Shown: in pieces, positions 56,101-64,000 of the stretch
Numbering within the stretch: the stretch's first letter is position 1
Layout of the letters: the number at the start of each line of letters is the position of its first letter
From: Eledone cirrhosa
Lineage: Eukaryota
Assembly: GCA_964016885.1 (NCBI GenBank)
Contig: OZ024740.1
Span: 22,072,001 to 22,136,000 of the forward strand
Direction: 5' to 3'
DNA: 64,000 nucleotides
Made by a program: the position numbers and the translations under genes
Notes under the pieces: model-generated
What the model saw: only the letters and a program-made list of their open reading frames with translations
What the model was told of the DNA's origin: nothing
The model's database searches: none

Positions 56101-59100
56101 GGTCTTCCATAACTCACTTTGTTGACATATTGAGGGAGGACATGTACCCACCAGCGACAGCTGGTCTTCCATAACTCACTCTGGTGACATATTGAGGGAG
56201 GACATGTACCCACCAGCGACAGCTGGTCTTCCATAACTCACTCTGGTGACATATTGAGGGAGGACATGTACCCATGAGCGACAGTTGGTCTTCCATAAGT
56301 CACTTTGGTGACATGTTGAGGGATAACATGTACCCACGAGCGACAGCTGGTCTTCCATATCTCATTTTGGTGACATATTGAGGGAGGACATGTACCCACG
56401 AGCGACAGCTGGTCTTCCATAACTCACTTTGGTGACATATTGAGGGAGGACATGTACCCATGAGCGACAGCTGGTCTTCCATAAGTCACTTTGGTGACAT
56501 ATTGAGGGAGGACATGTACCCACGAGCGACAGCTGGTCTTCCATAACTCACTTTGGTGACATATTGAGGGAGGACATGTACCCACGAGCGACAGCTGGTC
56601 TTCCATAACTCACTTTGGTGACATATTGAGGGAGGACATGTACCCATGAGCGACAGTTGGTCTTCCATAAGTCACTTTGGTGACATATTGAGGGAGGACA
56701 TGTACCCATGAGCGACAGTTGGTCTTCCATAACTCACTTTGGTGACATATTGAGGGAGGACATGTACCCACGAGCGACAGCTGGTCTTCCATAACTCACT
56801 TTGTTGACATATTGAGGGAGGACATGTACACACGAGCGACAGCTGGTTTTCCATAACTCACTTTGGTGACATATTGAGGGAGGACATGTACCCACGAGCG
56901 ACAGTTGGTCTTCCATAACTCACTTTGGTGACATATTGAGGGAGGACAGGTACCCACGAGCGACAGCTGGTCTTCCATAACTCACTTTGTTGACATATTG
57001 AGGGAGGACATGTACCCACCAGCGACAGCTGGTCTTCCATAACTCACTCTGGTGACATATTGAGGGAGGACATGTACCCACCAGCGACAGCTGGTCTTCC
57101 ATAACTCACTCTGGTGACATATTGAGGGAGGACATGTACCCATGAGCGACAGTTGGTCTTCCATAAGTCACTTTGGTGACATGTTGAGGGATAACATGTA
57201 CCAAGGAGCGACAGCTGGTCTTCCATAAGTCACTTTGGTGACATATTGAAGGAGGACATGTACCCATGAGCGACAGTTGGTCTTCCATAAGTCACTTTGG
57301 TGACATGTTGAGGGATAACATGTACCCACGAGCGACAGCTGGTCTTCCATAACTCATTTTGGTGACATATTGAGGGAGGACATGTACCCACGAGCGACAG
57401 CTGGTCTTCCATAACTCACTTTGGTGACATATTGAGGGAGGACATGTACCCATGAGCGACAGCTGGTCTTCCATAAGTCACTTTGGTGACATATTGAGGG
57501 AGGACATGTACCCACGAGCGACAGCTGGTCTTCCATAACTCACTTTGGTGACATATTGAGGGAGGACATGTACCCACGAGCGACAGCTGGTCTTCCATAA
57601 CTCATTTTGGTGACATATTGAGGGAGGACATGTACCCATGAGCGACAGTTGGTCTTCCATAACTCACTTTGGTGACATATTGAGGGAGGACATGTACCCA
57701 CGAGCGACAGCTGGTCTTCCATAACTCACTTTGGTGACATATTGAGGGAGGACATGTACCCATGAGCGACAGCTGGTCTTCCATAACTCACTCTGGTGAC
57801 ATATTGAGGGAGGACATGTACTCATGAGCGACAGCTGGTCTTCCATAACTCACTTTGGTGACATATTGAGGGAGGACATGTACCAAGGAGCGACAGTTGG
57901 TCTTCCATAAGTCACTTTGGTGACATATTGAAGGAGGTCATGTACTCATGAGCGACAGTTGGTCTTCCATAACTCACTTTGGTGACATATTGAGGGAGGA
58001 CATGTACCCATGAGCGACAGTTGGTCTTCCATAAGTCACTTGGTGACATATTGAAGGAGGACATGTACCCATGAGCGACAGTTGGTCTTCCATAACTCAC
58101 TTTGGTGACATATTGTGGGAGGACATGTACCCATGAGCGACAGCTGGTCTTCCATAATTCACTCTGGTGACATATTGAGGGAGGACATGTACTCATGAGC
58201 GACAGTTGGTCTTCCATAACTCACTTTGGTGACATATTGAGGGAGGACATGTACCCATGAGCGACAGTTGGTCTTCCATAACTCACTTTGGTGACATATT
58301 GAGGGAGGACATGTACTCATGAGCGACAGTTGGTCTTCCATAACTCACTCTGGTGACATATTGAGGGAGGACATGTACTCATGAGCGACAGTTGGTCTTC
58401 CATAACTCACTTTGGTGACATATTGAGGGAGGACATGTACCCATGAGCGACAGCTGGTCTTCCATAACTCACTCTGGTGACATATTGAGGGAGGACATGT
58501 ACTCATGAGCGACAGTTGGTCTTCCATAACTCACTTTGGTGACATATTGTGTGTGGACATGTACCCATGAGCGACAGTTGGTCTTCCATAAGTCGCTTTG
58601 GTGACATATTGAGGGAGGACATGTACTCATGAGCGACAGTTGGTCTTCCATAACTCACTTTGGTGACATATTGTGGGAGGACATGTACCCATGAGCGACA
58701 GCTGGTCTTCCATAACTCACTCTGGTGACATATTGAGGGAGGACATGTACTCATGAGCGAAAGTTGGTCTTCCATAACTCACTTTGGTGACATATTGTGG
58801 GTGGACATGTACCCATGAGCGACAGTTGGACTTCCATAAGTCACTTTGGTGACATATTGAGGGAGGACATGTACTCATGAGCGACAGTTGGTCTTCCATA
58901 AGTCACTTTGGTGACATATTGTGGGAGGCCATGTACCCATGAGCGACAGTTGGTCTTCCATAACTCACTCTGGTGACATATTGAGGGAGGACATGTACTC
59001 ATGAGCGACAGTTGGTCTTCCATAACTAACTTTGGTGACATATTGTGGGTGGACATGTACCCATGAGCGACAGTTGGTCTTCCATAAGTCACTTTGGTGA

Positions 59101-62100
59101 CATATTGAGGGAGGACATGTACTCATGAGCGACAGTTGGTCTTCCATAAGTCACTTTGGTGACATATTGTGGGAGGACATGTACCCATGAGCGACAGCTG
59201 GTCTTCCATAACTCACTCTGGTGACATATTGAGGGAGGACACGTACTCATGAGCGACAGTTGGTCTTCCATAACTCACTGTGGTGACATATTGAGGGAGG
59301 ACATGTACTCATGAGCGACAGTTGGTCTTCCATAACTCACTTTGGTGACATATTGTGGGTGGACATGTACCCATGAGCGACAGTTGGTCTTCCATAAGTC
59401 ACTTTGGTGACGTATTGAGGGAGAACATGTACCCATTAGCGACAGCTGGTCTTCCATAAGACACTTTGGTGACATATTGAGGGAGGACATGTACCCACGA
59501 GCGACAGCTGGTCTTCCATAACTCACTTTGTTGACATATTGAAGGAGGACATGTACCCACGAGCGACAGCTGGTCTTCCATAACTCACTTTGGTGACATA
59601 TTGAGGGAGGACATGTACCCACGAGCGACAGTTGGTCTTCCATAACTCACTTTGGTGACATATTGAGGGAGGACAGGTACCCACGAGCGACAGCTGGTTA
59701 TCCATAACTCACTTTGTTGACATATTGAGGGAGGACATGTACCCACGAGCGACAGCTGGTCTTCCATAACTCACTTTGTTGACATATTGAGGGAGGACAT
59801 GTACCCACGAGCGACAGCTGGTCTTCCATAACTCACTTTGTTGACATATTGAGGGAGGACATGTACCCACCAGCGACAGCTGGTCTTCCATAACTCACTC
59901 TGGTGACATATTGAGGGAGGACATGTACCCATGAGCGACAGTTGGTCTTCCATAAGTCACTTTGGTGACATGTTGAGGGATAACATGTACCAAGGAGCGA
60001 CAGCTGGTCTTCCATAACTCACTTTGGTGACATATTGAAGGAGGACATGTACCCATGAGCGACAGTTGGTCTTCCATAATCACTTTGGTTACATATTGAG
60101 GGAGGACATGTACCCACGAGCGACAGCTGGTCTTCCATAACTCACTTTGGTGACATATTGAGGGAGGACATGTACCCACGAGCGACAGCTGGTCTTCCAT
60201 AACTCACTTTGGTGACATATTGAGGGAGGACATGTACCCATGAGCGACAGCTGGTCTTCCATAAGTCACTTTGGTGACATATTGAGGGAGGACATGTACC
60301 CACGAGCGACAGCTGGTCTTCCATAATCACTTTGGTGACATATTGAGGGAGGACATGTACCCACGAGCGACAGTTGGTCTTCCATAACTCACTTTGGTGA
60401 CATATTGAGGGAGGACATGTACCCATGAGCGACAGCTGGTCTTCCATAACTCACTTTGGTGACATATTGAGGGAGGACATGTACCCATTAGCGACAGCTG
60501 GTCTTCCATAAGACACTTTGGTGACATATTGAGGGAGGACATGTACCCATGAGCGACAGTTGGTCTTCCATAAGTCATTTGGTGACATATTGAGGGAGGA
60601 CATGTACCCATGAGCGACAGTTGGTCTTCCATAAGTCACTTGGTGACATATTTAGGGAGGACATGTACTCATGAGCGACAGCTGGTCTTCCATAACTCAC
60701 TTTGGTGACATATTGAGGGAGGACATGTACCCATGAGCGACAGTTGGTCTTCCATAAGTCATTTGGTGACATATTGAGGGAGGACATGTACCCATGAGCG
60801 ACAGTTGGTCTTCCATAACTCACTTTGGTGACATATTGAGGGAGGACATGTACCCACGAGCGACAGCTGGTCTTCCATAACTCACTTTGGTGACATATTG
60901 AGGGAGGACATGTACCCATGAGCGACAGCTGGTCTTCCATAACTCACTCTGGTGACATATTGAGGGAGGACATGTACTCATGAGCGACAGTTGGTCTTCC
61001 ATAACTCACTTTGGTGACATATTGAGGGAGGACATGTACCCATGAGCGACAGTTGGTCTTCCATAAGTCACTTGGTGACATATTGAAGGAGGACATGTAC
61101 CCATGAGCGACAGTTGGTCTTCCATAACTCACTTTGGTGACATATTGAGGGAGGACATGTACCCATGAGCGACAGCTGGTCTTCCATAACTCACTCTGGT
61201 GACATATTGAGGGAGGACATGTACTCATGAGCGACAGTTGGTCTTCCATAACTCACTTTGGTGACATATTGAGGGAGGACATGTACCCATGAGCGACAGT
61301 TGGTCTTCCATAAGTCACTTGGTGACATATTGAAGGAGGACATGTACCCATGAGCGACAGCTGGTCTTCCATAACTCACTTTGGTGACATATTGAGGGAG
61401 GACATGTACCCACGAGCGACAGCTGGTCTTCCATAACTCACTTTGGTGACATATTGAGGGAGGACATGTACCCATGAGCGACAGCTGGTCTTCCATAAGT
61501 CACTTTGGTGACATATTGAGGGAGGACATGTACCCATGAGCGACAGTTGGTCTTCCATAACTCACTTTGGTGACATATTGAGGGAGGACATGTACCCATG
61601 AGCGACAGTTGGTCTTCCATAACTCACTTTTGTGACATATTGAGGGAGGACATGTACCCACGAGCGACAGCTGGTCTTCCATAACTCACTTGGTGACATA
61701 TTGAGGGAGGACATGTACCCATGAGCGACAGTTGGTCTTCCATAACTCACTTTGGTGACATATTGAGGGAGGACATGTACCCACGAGCGACAGCTGGTCT
61801 TCCATAACTCACTTTGGTGACATATTGAGGGAGGACATGTACCAATGAGCGACAGCTGGTCTTCCATAAGTCACTTTGGTGACATATTGAGGGAGGACAT
61901 GTACCCATGAGCGACAGCTGGTCTTCCATAAGTCACTTGGTGACATATTGAGGGAGGACATGTACCCATGAGCGACAGTTGGTCTTCCATAAGTCACTTT
62001 GGTGACATATTATGGGAGGACATATACCCATGAGCGACAGTTGGTCTTCCATAACTCACTTTGTTGACATATTGAAGGAGGACATGTACCCATGAGCGAC

Positions 62101-64000
62101 AGCTGGTCTTCCATAACTCACTTTGGTGACATATTGAGGGAGGACATGTACCCACGAGCGACAGCTGGTCTTCCATAACTCACTTTGGTGACATATTGAG
62201 GGAGGACATGTACCCACGAGCGACAGCTGGTCTTCCATAACTCACTTTGGTGACATATTGAGGGAGGACATGTACCCATGAGCGACAGTTGGTCTTCCAT
62301 AAGTCACTTTGGTGACATATTGATGGAGGACATGTACCCATGAGCGACAGTTGGTCTTCCATAACTCACTTTGGTGACATATTGAGGGAGGACATGTACC
62401 CACGAGCGACAGCTGGTCTTCCATAACTCACTTTGGTGACATATTGAAGGAGGACATGTACCCACGAGCGACAGCTGGTCTTCCATAACTCACTTTGGTG
62501 ACATATTGAGGGAGGACATGTACCCATGAGCGACAGTTGGTCTTCCATAACTCACTTTGTTGACATATTGAGGGAGGACATGTACTCATGAGCGACAGTT
62601 GGTCTTCCATAACTCACTTTGGTGACATATTGAGGGAGGACATGTACCCATGAGCGACAGTTGGTCTTCCATAACTCACTTTGGTGACATATTGAGGGAG
62701 GACATGTACCCATGAGCGACAGTTGGTCTTCCATAACTCACTTTGTTGACATATTGAGGGAGGACATGTACCCACGAGCGACAGCTGGTCTTCCATAACT
62801 CACTTTGGTGACATATTGAGGGAGGACATGTACCCATGAGCGACAGCTGGTCTTCCATAACTCACTTTGGTGACATATTGAGGGAGGACATGTACTCATG
62901 AGCGACAGTTGGTCTTCCATAACTCACTTTGGTGACATATTGAGGGAGGACATGTACCCATGAGCGACAGTTGGTCTTCCATAAGTCACTTGGTGACATA
63001 TTGAGGGAGGACATGTACCCATGAGCGACAGTTGGTCTTCCATAACTCACTTTGGTGACATATTGTGGGAGGACATGTACCCATGAGCGACAGCTGGTCT
63101 TCCATAACTCACTCTGGTGACATATTGAGGGAGGACATGTAATCATTAGCGACAGTTGGTCTTCCATAACTCACTTTGGTGACATATTGAGGGAGGACAT
63201 GTACCCATGAGCGACAGTTGGTCTTCCATAAGTCACTTGGTGACATATTGAAGGAGGACATGTACCCATGAGCGACAGTTGGTCTTCCATAACTCACTTT
63301 GGTGACATATTGAGGGAAGACATGTACCCATGAGCGACAGCTGGTCTTCCATAACTCACTCTGGTGACATATTGAGGGAGGACATGTACTCATGAGCGAC
63401 AGTTGGTCTTCCATAACTCACTTTGGTGACATATTGAAGGAGGACATGTACCCATGAGCGACAGTTGGTCTTCCATAACTCACTTTGGTGACATATTGAG
63501 GGAAGACATGTACCCATGAGCGACAGCTGGTCTTCCATAACTCACTTTGGTGACATATTGAGGGAGGACATGTACTCATGAGCGACAGTTGGTCTTCCAT
63601 AACTCACTTTGGTGACATATTGAGGGAGGACATGTACCCATGAGCGACAGTTGGTCTTCCATAACTCACTTTGGTGACATATTGAGGGAGGACATGTACT
63701 CATGAGCGATAGTTGGTCTTCCATAACTCACTTTGGTGACATATTGAGGGAGGACATGTACCCATGAGCGACAGTTGGTCTTCCATAACTCACTTTGGTG
63801 ACATATTGAGGGAGGACATGTACTCATGAGCGACAGCTGGTCTTCCATAACTCACTCTGGTGACATATTGAGGGAGGACATGTACTCATGAGCGACAGTT
63901 GGTCTTCCATAACTCACTTTGGTGACATATTGTGGGTGGACATGTACCCATGAGCGACAGTTGGTCTTCCATAAGTCACTTTGGTGACATATTGAGGGAG
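29187..64000. repeat. 62-bp satellite DNA array, about 560 monomers, running off the window
   Basis: Consensus ttggtgacatattgagggaggacatgtaccca(t/c)gagcgacag(c/t)tggtcttccataa(c/g)tcact. One orientation throughout, no interruptions seen. Confidence 0.99.

Noticed and set aside
29236-63848. Hundreds of 60-aa MEDQLSL... ORFs
   Set aside because: They arise from reading three 62-bp monomers through rotating frames, with no sign of coding constraint.
29187-64000. CRISPR array or hammerhead-containing satellite
   Set aside because: There are no unique spacers, and no CUGANGA/GAAA core on either strand of the monomer.

Overview
This is eukaryotic, repeat-only DNA with no recognisable host gene. 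The SINE families and microsatellite density look cephalopod (Octopus-like), which is my inference. Bases 1-29 kb are a nest of retroelements, mostly sitting in (TA)n or (GATA)n microsatellites. They include a decayed RTE LINE interrupted by a CRE-like fragment, two Tx1/L1-clade copies and a near-intact full-length CR1-group LINE with an unusual Myb-like/polyQ/2xCCCH ORF1. There is also a Naiad-type Penelope-like element with inverted pseudo-LTRs, several pLTR fragments carrying hammerhead ribozyme folds (one atypical CAGAAGA-core fold in 3 copies), and many tRNA-derived SINEs. From 29.2 kb to the window end is a ~35 kb array of a 62-bp satellite. The main observation is that two tandem arrays appear to have arisen from SINE sequence in place. 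The 62-bp monomer is collinear with a SINE 3' segment whose upstream part still flanks the array. A 29-bp array is a ~59-fold amplification of the Pol III A-box inside another SINE. All alignments and RNA folds were done by eye.
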